From assembly GCA_964471725.1 (NCBI GenBank), contig CAYYHO010000001.1:1-35916 (forward strand): a stretch of 35,916 bases of DNA, written 5' to 3'. The translations under genes and the position numbers were made by a program. Shown piece after piece: positions 1 through 9,300 of the stretch (position 1 is its first letter; the number at the start of each line of letters is the position of its first letter). Source of the stretch: an uncultured Methyloversatilis sp. Its GTDB lineage: Bacteria > Pseudomonadota > Gammaproteobacteria > Burkholderiales > Rhodocyclaceae. The notes beneath the pieces are model-generated. The model was not told the origin of the DNA. It ran no database searches and saw only the letters and a program-made list of their open reading frames with translations.

Positions 1-118
1 GACTCCAGCCGTGATCCATGCCGTATTTCTGGCACGCTTTGACCTGCGCCGGGATGCTGAGTTCTCGTTCGGCCTGACGAGAGGTAGAGACACGGCCGTA
101 GATTAAATAGTTCGTCAT
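1..118 (-). CDS. Serine recombinase/integrase, N-terminal fragment (runs off the left edge)
   Basis: Manual translation from ATG at 118: MTNYLIYGRVSTSRQAERELSIPAQVKACQKYGMDHGWS; YxRVSTxxQ...SIxxQ is the resolvase/serine-recombinase catalytic motif; lies downstream of the repressor. Confidence 0.9.
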   Translation of the reverse strand, partial: MTNYLIYGRVSTSRQAERELSIPAQVKACQKYGMDHGWS

Positions 119-184
119 AATAATTTTAGATTTCCTTTATAATTTTTTGACCTTTTGTTTATTTATGATCCTCTAAAATAGCTT

Positions 185-209
185 CAGGGCTCCCTTGCGG
201 AGAGCCCTG
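185..209 (-). terminator. GC-rich hairpin just after the repressor stop
   Basis: CAGGGCTC (185-192) / GAGCCCTG (202-209); minus-strand loop contains GCAA; weak U-tract (AAGCTATTTT). Confidence 0.55.
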
Positions 210-213
210 TTCG

Positions 214-933
214 TCAATACTTCTTAATGTGGTAAATCAACCGACCTATCATCTTGCTCTCCTTGAGATGGTAGGTCTTTTTGAATCCTTCCTTCTCTGG
301 CCGGAGCTCAAGATGATCGCCCCGTTCGTGGTAGTACGTCATTGCTAGTCCGTCCGGCGTGGCCACGACCACGATGTCGCCATTCTTGGGCTTCATATCC
401 GCATCAAGAATGATGAAGTCTCCGGCGAGAATACCTGCATCGGGGAGTGTGAGATCAGACACACGAAGCCCGAAAACTCGATGACCCGGTACAACATTAT
501 CTTTGGGGAGCAAAACGAAGTCACTCGTTCGACTCAGATGACCATCAAGATCATCGATTGGGATCGCCACGAGCACCGGCAATTTAAAATGGCCGCCATC
601 ACTCGAAAAGTTTTTTTTCAACTCCTCAAGTCCCTGCTCGAGCTTGCTGGTGGCTTCCTGCACACGCTTCTCGCCGACCTCTTTGATGTCGAACTTGTAG
701 TTGCCCTCCATGCTGACCTGCTGGATCTTCCCCTCGGTCCACTGTTTCCTTACCTCATCCTCAGGGAGCTCGTAGGCCTTAGCCAAAGTGGCCAGCTGTT
801 TTTGCGACGGGACACGGGTCCCGTTCTCCAGCTGGCTGATGTAGCTAGACGAAAAACCGAGCCGTTCCGCCAGCTCTTTAATAGTCCAATTATTCGATTC
901 CCTTTGCCTTTTTAGATATGAACCAAATGACAT
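214..933 (-). CDS. CI/LexA-like repressor (XRE HTH + S24 peptidase-like C-terminal domain)
   Basis: N-terminal HTH_3 (TIKELAERLGFSSSYISQLENG); C-terminal FGLRVSDLTLPDAGILAGDFIILD...PKNGDIVVV resembles S24, but the usual catalytic GDSM serine and lysine look degenerate. Confidence 0.85.
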   Translation of the reverse strand: MSFGSYLKRQRESNNWTIKELAERLGFSSSYISQLENGTRVPSQKQLATLAKAYELPEDEVRKQWTEGKIQQVSMEGNYKFDIKEVGEKRVQEATSKLEQGLEELKKNFSSDGGHFKLPVLVAIPIDDLDGHLSRTSDFVLLPKDNVVPGHRVFGLRVSDLTLPDAGILAGDFIILDADMKPKNGDIVVVATPDGLAMTYYHERGDHLELRPEKEGFKKTYHLKESKMIGRLIYHIKKY

Positions 934-979
934 ATTTTTATGATTTTGCTTAATCCTGCGCTTGCGACCTGTTAAGTGG

Positions 980-1008
980 AGTATAGCAAATTAGCAAACA
1001 TTAAGCAA
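980..1008 (-). promoter_or_regulatory. Leftward promoter for repressor/integrase
   Basis: Minus strand TTGCTT (1003-1008), 17 bp spacer, TATACT (980-985) with extended TGn. Confidence 0.6.
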
Positions 1009-1059
1009 CTTTGCTTATCCACAGGTGTGAATATTGACCAGTTAAGCAATTTTGCTTAA
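1001..1059. promoter_or_regulatory. Palindromic operators TTAAGCAA-N2-TTGCTTA(A/T)
   Basis: TTAAGCAACTTTGCTTAT (1001-1018) and TTAAGCAATTTTGCTTAA (1042-1059); half-site TTGCTTAA at 946-953. Confidence 0.75.
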
Positions 1060-1062
1060 TAT
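1034..1062 (+). promoter_or_regulatory. Rightward early promoter
   Basis: TTGACC (1034-1039), 17 bp spacer, TAATAT (1057-1062); an operator occupies the spacer. Confidence 0.7.
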
Positions 1063-1091
1063 GACTATAGAGGTCTATTAGCTAACACAAT

Positions 1092-1298
1092 ATGCACAAA
1101 ACGCCAACAAACATACGGCTGAGAGATCTCCGGATCAAGAAAGGGCTGACCCAGTACCAGCTTGCTCGGATTCTCGGATTTCGCCACAACACGGCGATCA
1201 GCCGATACGAGACAGGCCGGAAGCGGCCGAATCTTGAAACTGCCCAGCGAATCGCCCTCGCGCTGGGAGCAACAGTCGAGGAGGTCTTCCTGCCGTGA
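1092..1298 (+). CDS. Cro-like XRE HTH regulator
   Basis: 68 aa, LTQYQLARILG...AISRYETGRKRPNLE; divergent from the repressor. Confidence 0.9.
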   Translation: MHKTPTNIRLRDLRIKKGLTQYQLARILGFRHNTAISRYETGRKRPNLETAQRIALALGATVEEVFLP

Positions 1299-1351
1299 AC
1301 AGGAATGCGAGGTCAATAAAAGTGTGAGGTCACTCTTATGGATCGCAATAC

Positions 1352-1630
1352 ATGTCACAACCAACAAAGGACGAGGAAGCTCTCATGGGGCTTACCAAGA
1401 ACGCTCTTGCCGATGTTCTCGGCCGAGAGCCTACCAAGCAAGAGGTTTGGCGTGTCCATGCTGGCTTCAAACGCATGGCTTTCATGCTTTTGGAGCACCT
1501 AGATCACATCAAAAAGTATGACAACGAAAATCCTGATAAAGAGACTTATCCAGAGGATCTGGAAACGGATGACTCGGAAGCCTCCGACCCGGAGAGAACT
1601 CTTGGCGAGGAGAGAGAGCCTGCTAAGTAA
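1352..1630 (+). CDS. Hypothetical early phage protein
   Basis: 92-aa ORF co-directional with cro; acidic tail overlaps the next ORF. Confidence 0.55.
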   Translation: MSQPTKDEEALMGLTKNALADVLGREPTKQEVWRVHAGFKRMAFMLLEHLDHIKKYDNENPDKETYPEDLETDDSEASDPERTLGEEREPAK

Positions 1631-1730
1631 TTTCACAATCCGTGAATTAGAGAATCCGACCATGCGACGGGACTTTTGTAGAGCGATGGACAACATCGAC
1701 CGAGCCCTGCCCAAATCCAGAGAATGGTAG
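1518..1730 (+). CDS. Hypothetical basic early phage protein
   Basis: 70-aa ORF with A-rich upstream (AAAAAGTATG); overlaps the previous ORF by 113 bp. Confidence 0.5.
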   Translation: MTTKILIKRLIQRIWKRMTRKPPTRRELLARRESLLSNFTIRELENPTMRRDFCRAMDNIDRALPKSREW

Positions 1731-1819
1731 ATGGCGCCTTACTCTCCCCTCAATGGCGCCAGACATGAAGGGAGGAATAAGGCGCGGTCTGGGGTCGATC
1801 CGCCTTTTTATTCGCGGCC

Positions 1820-2353
1820 ATGTCGGATGAAAAAATAAAAGTACGAGATGTAAGAAATGGCGATTGGTACTGGGTTAGCAAAGTGCTTCTCGATGAGTAT
1901 GGCGACAAACTCAAACCGATCGGCATCGCAATTTATAACTGCCTGGCGGCACATGCTAACCAGGAGGGTTTTTGTTTTCCATCTCACAAGCACATTGCCG
2001 ACAAGATCGGCGCAAGCATCTCGAGTGTGCAAAGAGGCATCCGGCAACTCATCAAATTGCAGATTATCCGCAAGAGCCGCCAACGCTACCACAATGTGTA
2101 CTACCTGTTGAAAGTAGATAGGTCATATAGACCGAACTCAAATAAGACCGGTCAGCCAGACCTGCACATCGGTCATACAGACCGGTCAGATCAGTCAGCC
2201 AGAACTACTAACAAGAATAAAGAAAAATATTTAATTAAAAAGAACTACGCGCCGCACGAAAAAACTGGGGATAACTTGAACGAATTGAAGTCGAAGCTCA
2301 TTGAAAAAATGTCGATGCATGGCTCGAAGCGAACAGCAATGGATGACAGCTAA
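1820..2353 (+). CDS. Phage replication initiator (HTH_36-like winged helix)
   Basis: IYNCLAAHAN...CFPSHKHIADKIGASISSVQRGIRQL...IIRK..R...NVYYL; internal iterons and AT-rich tract. Confidence 0.8.
   Translation: MSDEKIKVRDVRNGDWYWVSKVLLDEYGDKLKPIGIAIYNCLAAHANQEGFCFPSHKHIADKIGASISSVQRGIRQLIKLQIIRKSRQRYHNVYYLLKVDRSYRPNSNKTGQPDLHIGHTDRSDQSARTTNKNKEKYLIKKNYAPHEKTGDNLNELKSKLIEKMSMHGSKRTAMDDS
2121..2245. repeat. Iterons (GGTCA-N4-GACC) plus AT-rich tract: putative origin
   Basis: GGTCATATAGACC 2121-2133, GGTCAGCCAGACC 2150-2162, GGTCATACAGACC 2171-2183, AGTCAGCCAGAAC 2193-2205, then an A/T-rich run ~2210-2245. Confidence 0.7.
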
Positions 2354-2547
2354 TTTGCCCGTTGACTGTCCGGGAGGTCGTCGACCCCGGACACGTGACG
2401 ATTATTAATTAACCATGATCGAGGATATCTGAGGCCGGGGCCCGAATGGCGCATGAACCGTTCTTTGAGTGATCTATTGCCAATCGGAACGGGTCAACCT
2501 GCACACTCCGTCGGGTTGGCAACAGACCACCTCTGGAAAAAAGAACT

Positions 2548-2847
2548 ATGGACAGGGAGGATCAAAACAACATAGGCAATTGTCCGCATTGCACACGGAT
2601 TATCTTCAAGGATGCCATTTTCAATTCCGAGGCCTCATTCTCCACGCGTTGCCCACACTGCAACAAGTCTGTAAGAGTGATCATCAAACACAAAGTTGAG
2701 ATCAAGCTTATAGCGGTGACAGATGAACGCAACCCAAAGAAAGGTCCCGGTACAGGCATTCTGCTGATAATTCTTGCGCTTTATTTGCCGCCCATCATAC
2801 ACCACCTGATGGATCATGCAGACAACATCATCGACATACTGACATAA
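2548..2847 (+). CDS. Zinc-ribbon protein (Mu Com-like CxxC...CxxC) with C-terminal hydrophobic helix
   Basis: CPHC...RCPHC followed by GILLIILALYLPPII; start context AACTATG. Confidence 0.65.
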   Translation: MDREDQNNIGNCPHCTRIIFKDAIFNSEASFSTRCPHCNKSVRVIIKHKVEIKLIAVTDERNPKKGPGTGILLIILALYLPPIIHHLMDHADNIIDILT

Positions 2848-2871
2848 CCAAGCACCTTGAGAGCTAAAAAC

Positions 2872-2900
2872 AAAAAGGAGCTACGTGTTAGCCCCTTTTT
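2872..2900. terminator. Bidirectional intrinsic terminator between the early operon and the cargo operon
   Basis: AAAAAGGAGCTA-CGTGT-TAGCCCCTTTTT; T-tracts on both strands. Confidence 0.8.
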
Positions 2901-3183
2901 GATGCCGAACCTAGGTTTGGACTTTGCCAATCATCACGCTCATCTCCTGCAACAAAGTGCAGACGGGGCGAGTCACTTGGCACGCCGATACGGCCATTTG
3001 TTTGTTACCTTCGGTAGAAAAGTATTGCAAGTTGTGGGCAACCTTAACGATTTCAGTCTCTAACCTATAGACACGTTACCCCGTTTTTGCCCCTTGTTTG
3101 CCTTTGTGGCGAGCTTTGTCCGAGGGTTGAGCCTTTGCCACCTTTTGTCCCACCGGCCGAGCCGTGGGACGATATTTGAAACC

Positions 3184-6100
3184 TTATTTTGTCTTGGTCT
3201 TTAAATATTCCTCCAAGTCTTCTTCGAACTTATCCATACTCTTTTCAATTAACTCATCAAAGTCAGGAGCGACATTGGTATGTTCATCTCCAAAGATTTC
3301 TGCTAATTCTCTGCGTTGCGATTCATTTCCAAGAAGGATAGCTGAATACATATGCTCTCCAAAACCACGTTCTGACTCGTTAACCTGTAGAAATCTGGTT
3401 ATATTCGCCGCATTGCCATGTGTATCACCACCGTCACCAACAAAGTAAAAAGCAGAAGCGTAATCCGGATATTCTTCAACTTGTTTATTTAATTCACTTG
3501 CGGCTTTCTTTATACCATCAAGCATGTTAGTGCCACCTTGGGTAGCTAGTCTCTGCATTAAACGTACTTTTACCGTTGATGTTGTACCGTCCCCAAAATC
3601 GTATCGTTGTGGTGAGTTGTAATCTTGAGTGAAACCTTTGATCTCAGTAACTGCGTCAGAGAAAGTATCTATAGAAAAACGTATGTAACCGAACTCTTCA
3701 GAAATGCGACTGAATAATTCAGAATAAAATACAAGAAGCTTCCTTGCGCTCTGTAGTTTTTCTTCTGCCATTGATCCAGATACGTCAACCAGAATAGAGG
3801 CCATAAATCTTGGCTTGATCGATGGTCTAATTTCTCTTGGATTTTTCACTGTTCCAAAAAGTAGGTTTCTAGATTTCATAACAGCTCGCCGATTAAATGC
3901 GCCTTGTCGAGTGAGTGAGTCCTCGTCAAAACCAACTTCTTCTTGTCGTGGTAGCCGCTCAGCAAAATACTGAAACCACTTATCTACAAGGGGTCTAACT
4001 TCCTCTCGGATATCTTCGTATTCGTTAAAGAGTCGGTTTTCTTGCTCAACCTCTTTTTGCACACGATCCAGCTCCTCAAGTTTTTTCTGCTCCAGCTCTT
4101 GCAATATTTCATCCCTTTTCTTTTCATCCATAAAACCATCTTCGACCATTTGATCGAGCTCTTCCTTTATATTGTCTTTCATTTGGTCTTCTTTCGCTTT
4201 CAACTTCTCTTCAAGTTCTTTTTTCAAATCATCAAAAAGTTCACTCTGTTCAACTTCTTTTTGCAAGTCAGATAGCTCTTTAAACTTTTCAGCATTTTGG
4301 ACTTTCTCATCCAGCTGCTTTTTTTGTTCCATCATTTTATCCATCTGTTCTTTTGCTTGCTCTAATTGCGACTCAGACTGTTGCATATCACTATCCGAAG
4401 CATCAGACATTTGGTCTAAGGGATTGCCCGACTCGGATGACTGCTGGCCTTGTTGCTCACCAGCTTTTTGACCTTGCTTTTGGTCGCCCTGTTGTTGCCC
4501 GTCCTCATCTCCTTTTTCTTGAGGTTTATCAATACCACCATCCTGTGCTTCTTCTGCGGACTCTTTTTGTGAATCTTCCTGATCTTTTTTATCGGATTTT
4601 TTCTGATCTTCTGGCTTGGGATTAGGGGTAGCATCAAATCGACGCCAAGTCGTCCCGTCCCATATTTCTGCCCATGCGTGGCCAGTGCTTTGAGTGATAG
4701 CCGATTTACCATCTTTAGCACCTTCGACTTTATGTCCGATAACTAAGCGAGCAGGGACTCCTGCCTTGCGCATCATTGCAATAAATTTGGTATTGGCAGA
4801 ATAACACTCTAAATATTCTGACTGATCGATATTTTGAAGATAGTTATCTCCGGTGGATTCTGAACGCAACTTATACTGTAAAGCTTGCGCCATAGACAAG
4901 TCTCCACCTCCCGGGTAAAAATGATTTGCTAAGATATGCTGTCTTGCCTGCTCAGCTTTTTGTAATGGTGACCCTATAAGTTTTGAAATAGTTGTCTCTG
5001 TTTTTTGCGAAAGGGATCCCCGATAAAGGGACGAAGTATCCTCGGGGATCATCTTACCTGCAAACGGCCTCTGCTCTTCCAAGAAATCTACAGAAAATGA
5101 TCCGGTCCCGCTAACTTCAAGATAAAAACATCCGTTTTGATCACGCTTCACTTCTATGTTAGCCCCCTTAGTTTTTAGAGAGGATGCATCTAAGGCATAA
5201 CCATTCGGCAGAGGTAGAGACTTTACACCGTTATCCAAAGTTCCTGAAATAGTGCGCCGGTCTTTGCCAGTTACAGAAATACTATACGAAGAAAGCTGTT
5301 TTTTCTTACTCCACGTTTTTGAATCAATATCAAAATAACTTTTCCTGCCACTTGCATAATATCCACCGAGTGCCGGATCAATTTCAAAAATCGGTCGCTC
5401 CTGCATTTTTTCCTTCGATTCACCCGGAGAGGGAGGTGGTGTATGATATTCGTCTCTATCTTCTGGAGGAATGGCAGGATCTTCAGGAGAGCCCGGAGGT
5501 ACGGCTTGTTCCATAAACTCCTCCAATCCTTTCTGGAGTTCCTGCATGCTCTCACTTGGCTGACCGCTTTCAGTCTGCTTTTGGATTTTTGGGAAGTCTT
5601 CTTGTATAGCCCTAGTAAGCTCTTTATAAGCATTTTCGTCTCCTCTTTGGATATACTCCCGATAAGAACTCTGTAGATTTTCAAAAACTTTTCGTTCGTC
5701 TCCTGAAAGTTCGGAAACGACCTGATCGCGCTCTTCAGGAGCAACAAGTCCTAATTCCTCACTAAGCCAGTTGGTTTTTAAGGCCTTAAGAACTTTCTGC
5801 GATCTAGGAAGGTTCTTGATTCCTTGAATAACACCACTCGCTTCGGTGCGTAGAGCGTTCTCTATCTGCTTTTTACCGGTGTATCCATATGCATCCATTA
5901 CTTTTTTTTGAACCCGGGCCTGCGTAACTTCGGTGTAGAGATTTTCAAGTTCGGAGACTGGAATCTCTCGGCCACGCATGCTTTCTACAAATTTCGCAAA
6001 GCGTGGGTAATCGTAATGTGCGATAAATGCCGACAAGTCTCTGACACGAGCACTGACATTTTCTAAACCTTCTTTTTGAATATCTTCGGCATTATAAAGA

Positions 6101-6348
6101 AGAGCGTCTGGTTTAATATCATGGGCTACATCAGCGGCCGTATACTTACCGTCTAAAAGTCCCTGCAACTTTTCTGTCCGTACATCTGGTTCTGCAGGGT
6201 AATGCAAAGACCAGTCCTTTCCGGGGAGGACTTTTAATTTACCCTCGGCGGCTTGCTCCGCCAAAAATAACATCTCACGAGTTAGTTTCTGAGGGCGAGA
6301 TTTTTCTTGGGGTGGAGTGTCTCTAAATTCATGAGGAGGACGTTCCAT
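3184..6348 (-). CDS. Transglutaminase-like domain + acidic/Gln-rich linker + coiled coil + vWA (MIDAS) protein
   Basis: Triad motifs LECYSANT, GHAWAEIW, RFDATP; C-terminal ILVDVSGSM, GGTN, FVGDG. Confidence 0.85.
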   Translation of the reverse strand: MERPPHEFRDTPPQEKSRPQKLTREMLFLAEQAAEGKLKVLPGKDWSLHYPAEPDVRTEKLQGLLDGKYTAADVAHDIKPDALLYNAEDIQKEGLENVSARVRDLSAFIAHYDYPRFAKFVESMRGREIPVSELENLYTEVTQARVQKKVMDAYGYTGKKQIENALRTEASGVIQGIKNLPRSQKVLKALKTNWLSEELGLVAPEERDQVVSELSGDERKVFENLQSSYREYIQRGDENAYKELTRAIQEDFPKIQKQTESGQPSESMQELQKGLEEFMEQAVPPGSPEDPAIPPEDRDEYHTPPPSPGESKEKMQERPIFEIDPALGGYYASGRKSYFDIDSKTWSKKKQLSSYSISVTGKDRRTISGTLDNGVKSLPLPNGYALDASSLKTKGANIEVKRDQNGCFYLEVSGTGSFSVDFLEEQRPFAGKMIPEDTSSLYRGSLSQKTETTISKLIGSPLQKAEQARQHILANHFYPGGGDLSMAQALQYKLRSESTGDNYLQNIDQSEYLECYSANTKFIAMMRKAGVPARLVIGHKVEGAKDGKSAITQSTGHAWAEIWDGTTWRRFDATPNPKPEDQKKSDKKDQEDSQKESAEEAQDGGIDKPQEKGDEDGQQQGDQKQGQKAGEQQGQQSSESGNPLDQMSDASDSDMQQSESQLEQAKEQMDKMMEQKKQLDEKVQNAEKFKELSDLQKEVEQSELFDDLKKELEEKLKAKEDQMKDNIKEELDQMVEDGFMDEKKRDEILQELEQKKLEELDRVQKEVEQENRLFNEYEDIREEVRPLVDKWFQYFAERLPRQEEVGFDEDSLTRQGAFNRRAVMKSRNLLFGTVKNPREIRPSIKPRFMASILVDVSGSMAEEKLQSARKLLVFYSELFSRISEEFGYIRFSIDTFSDAVTEIKGFTQDYNSPQRYDFGDGTTSTVKVRLMQRLATQGGTNMLDGIKKAASELNKQVEEYPDYASAFYFVGDGGDTHGNAANITRFLQVNESERGFGEHMYSAILLGNESQRRELAEIFGDEHTNVAPDFDELIEKSMDKFEEDLEEYLKTKTK

Positions 6349-6352
6349 AGAT

Positions 6353-9300
6353 TTATGCTCTTACACGCTTCTTGGAAGTCCAGGTATTCATTGCAGTGCG
6401 AATTTTGTCCTGTTCTTCCTTTTTGTCGATGTGAGTTAGGAAATACTTATCAAGGAGATTTCTAGCAATAGCTTCCGGATTTGCAGTCGCTTTTTCCTCC
6501 GGAGTCATTTTACTTAGTTCATAAGCGGCTCGGCGTAGTTCACGACCAGTAATAGGTTGTGACACCGGCAGAGCGTTACGAGCATCCCGGCTCTTTTCAA
6601 ATATTTTGATGAAGTTGTCGCGTAGATTGTTAGCAAACTGTACCAGAGCCAGTGATGCGTCGATATCGAACTTCTGTGTACTGTTTGGATCGGGAGAACC
6701 ATTATCAATGCCGTTAATATACTTATCCCACATCTTCACAAATTCATTACGCTCCAAGCTAGCTTCGTAAGTGAGATCAGAAAGAGAATCAACCTCTCGA
6801 GCAATACGAAGCGCCTCCGAAGCATCATATGGTGCATTGGGATTAGTATCTCCAACGTCTGGTTTTCGTGTAAGCGGCGGGTAACCGACTTCAAGCGATA
6901 CCATACGGCTTCTAGTCGCAAATTGAGGATCAAATGTACCGGGATATCCAGGGTTCATAGAGCTTGCAAGCAAGACGCTGGGGTGGGCACGAACTACTTT
7001 TCCTGAGCTGGTTTTAAGAGTAAGTGAACGTTTTTCATCCATAAGCGCATGCAAGAAAATCTGCGCCTGTTCTGGCATAGCATTAAACTCATTAAAGTAA
7101 ACAACTGCTCCCGGAGTAGTGATTCCGTTCAACACAGCAGAGGGAACTTTTACCGTTTGAGAAGCGCCATCTTTAGATTCCAACATAACATCTTCGGACA
7201 ATTCGAATTCAGTAGTCCACTTTGTGCCATCTATGCCAAAGTAGGGACGATTAGTAAGGGCGCAAAACATTTTTATGCGCACATCCTTACCAGTACCGGC
7301 ATGACCTTTAAGGTTAAGCATGCCTTCTTGTAAGTCCATCTGCATTTTGAAAGACTTAGCCATTTCTTCTAGGTCTTTAGCAGTCTGTGGATCATTAACC
7401 CAGTGGCTCTGCCATTCAGGGACAAAACCCTTACCATTTGTATACTCGATTTCTGGTTCAGACTTAATACGATCAATGCGCTTGAGCAGGACAATGTTAT
7501 GTTCTGCAACAAAAGTTGCGTACTCATTAAGTTTGGCTTGGTATTCTTGCTTCCAAGCCTCGTCCACTTCCGAAGTTCTTTCGCCTATTTTCTGTCTCCT
7601 CGAATAGATTTCTTTTAATGCATCTCTTTTTTCTTGCAATTCTTTCTGCAATTGAGATTGTTCTCCTTTTGACCAATCGGAGTACTCTTTTCTGATAGTT
7701 TTGTATTCACCAGCAGTTACATAAGAGGGCGGGATTGCCTCACCTCTATAAGAAAGTAGTCCCAAACGCCATTCATTCTCGTCTTGCCAACCTTCGTAGA
7801 GCCGAACATTTTCCACCTTTTCTGTTGATGTCTTAATGTTTAATGCAACGTCTCCAAGAATATCCGCCGCCTTTACACCCGGTCCGTGACTTTTTACATC
7901 TTCGGCAAAAAGCAGATCAACCTTGCGTTCACCTTTTTCTTTTACCTTAGCTTCCCACTTGGGGAAGTACGTCTCACCGATCAAAATCATCTGCTGACCT
8001 GTTTCAGCAACTTGCGTCATGCCTCCACGCTCAATTTCTGTAAGCGCGTTAGAAAGTCTCACTTTAAGCGCACGCTCCAGCTCCTTCGCAATATCTGGGT
8101 TGTTGCCAGCGAGTGCAGTTATTTCAGTTTCCAAGGTTTTACGAGCCTCACTTGTATCCAGATATTGTTCTGCGGCTCTTCGATCAGCAAATCCTTTGGA
8201 ACGCAAGCGATCAATTAAACCTTCAATGTCTGCCTCTAGAGTATCGACTGTACCCTCAATGCGCTCTACTGCTTTTTCTCGAACTTTTGCGTATTCACGT
8301 TTAAACTTTTCCTCAAATTGAGTAGCGAGCTCTTGAAGTTCAGTACGAGCACTCACTATTGCTTTATAAGCTTCATCGGCTTCGAGTGGGACATCATGAG
8401 CTAGTGATCCAAGACGGGATTTTAATTGCGGGTAGCGAAATTCTAACCAATCGTCCATCTGGGTCTTTGAGGTAAATGCCTCCAAATCAGTCTTTGTTCG
8501 ATCTAACAATCCCCGTACATCTTTGATAACCTCACCGCCTCTTTGATGGAAAAATTCCAGAGACTTTTGCTCAAGTTCTTGAGCGACTTGCCTGAATTCT
8601 TGGCGTAAATCTCCTTCGAGCAAAGCTTCGACTGCTTTGATTTTATCAACCTCTGCTCGTGCTTCTGAAATCGAAGTAATCGATAAGCTACCGGCAAGCT
8701 TTGCTCTTACAGAAGTGAGCACATCTTGCGTTTCCTTAACAGCAAATTCTTTTTCTTTTTCTACTATTGGGGCCTCAAGTCCTTCGATAATAAAATTAAC
8801 CTCATTTGGTTTTAATCCATGCTGACGCAACTGGTCACGCAGTTTGTTAAAACCTTGACGTAGTTGGAGGACGCCTTCTTGTGTGGTTATTTTTGCCAAT
8901 ACCTCGCCAAATTGTTCCTGATATTTTGCTCGTAAGGGTTCCAATCGTTCAAGAACTTCTCCACCCTTCTCACTTTTCTTTGATGCCTGTAAGTCAAATA
9001 TATCTTGAAGTTGAATTCCTGACGCCAATTTTTCTACCCGATGTCTATCAATCTCTTGAGCGAGTTCTTCAAAGTTTGGTTCATAAATAGCTAAGTGGCC
9101 GTCTTTATCGACAGCACGAATTTTCCCCGTTGCATCAAAATTTACTTGAGTAAGTTTTGGCATTCTTTTTACTTCTTGCAACCCATCTCTAGTCAGAATT
9201 ACTAAATCTTCTTTAGAGTAGAGAAGGAAAAAGTTTCCAGATGGATCGAGTTGTAGATTACTGATGCCGTCGTATTTTTGTGGAAGCTCTGCCGCAACCA

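Noticed and set aside
481..915. 144-aa plus-strand ORF and the many other short overlapping ORFs in the track
   Set aside because: Antisense or out-of-frame to well-supported genes, with no motifs
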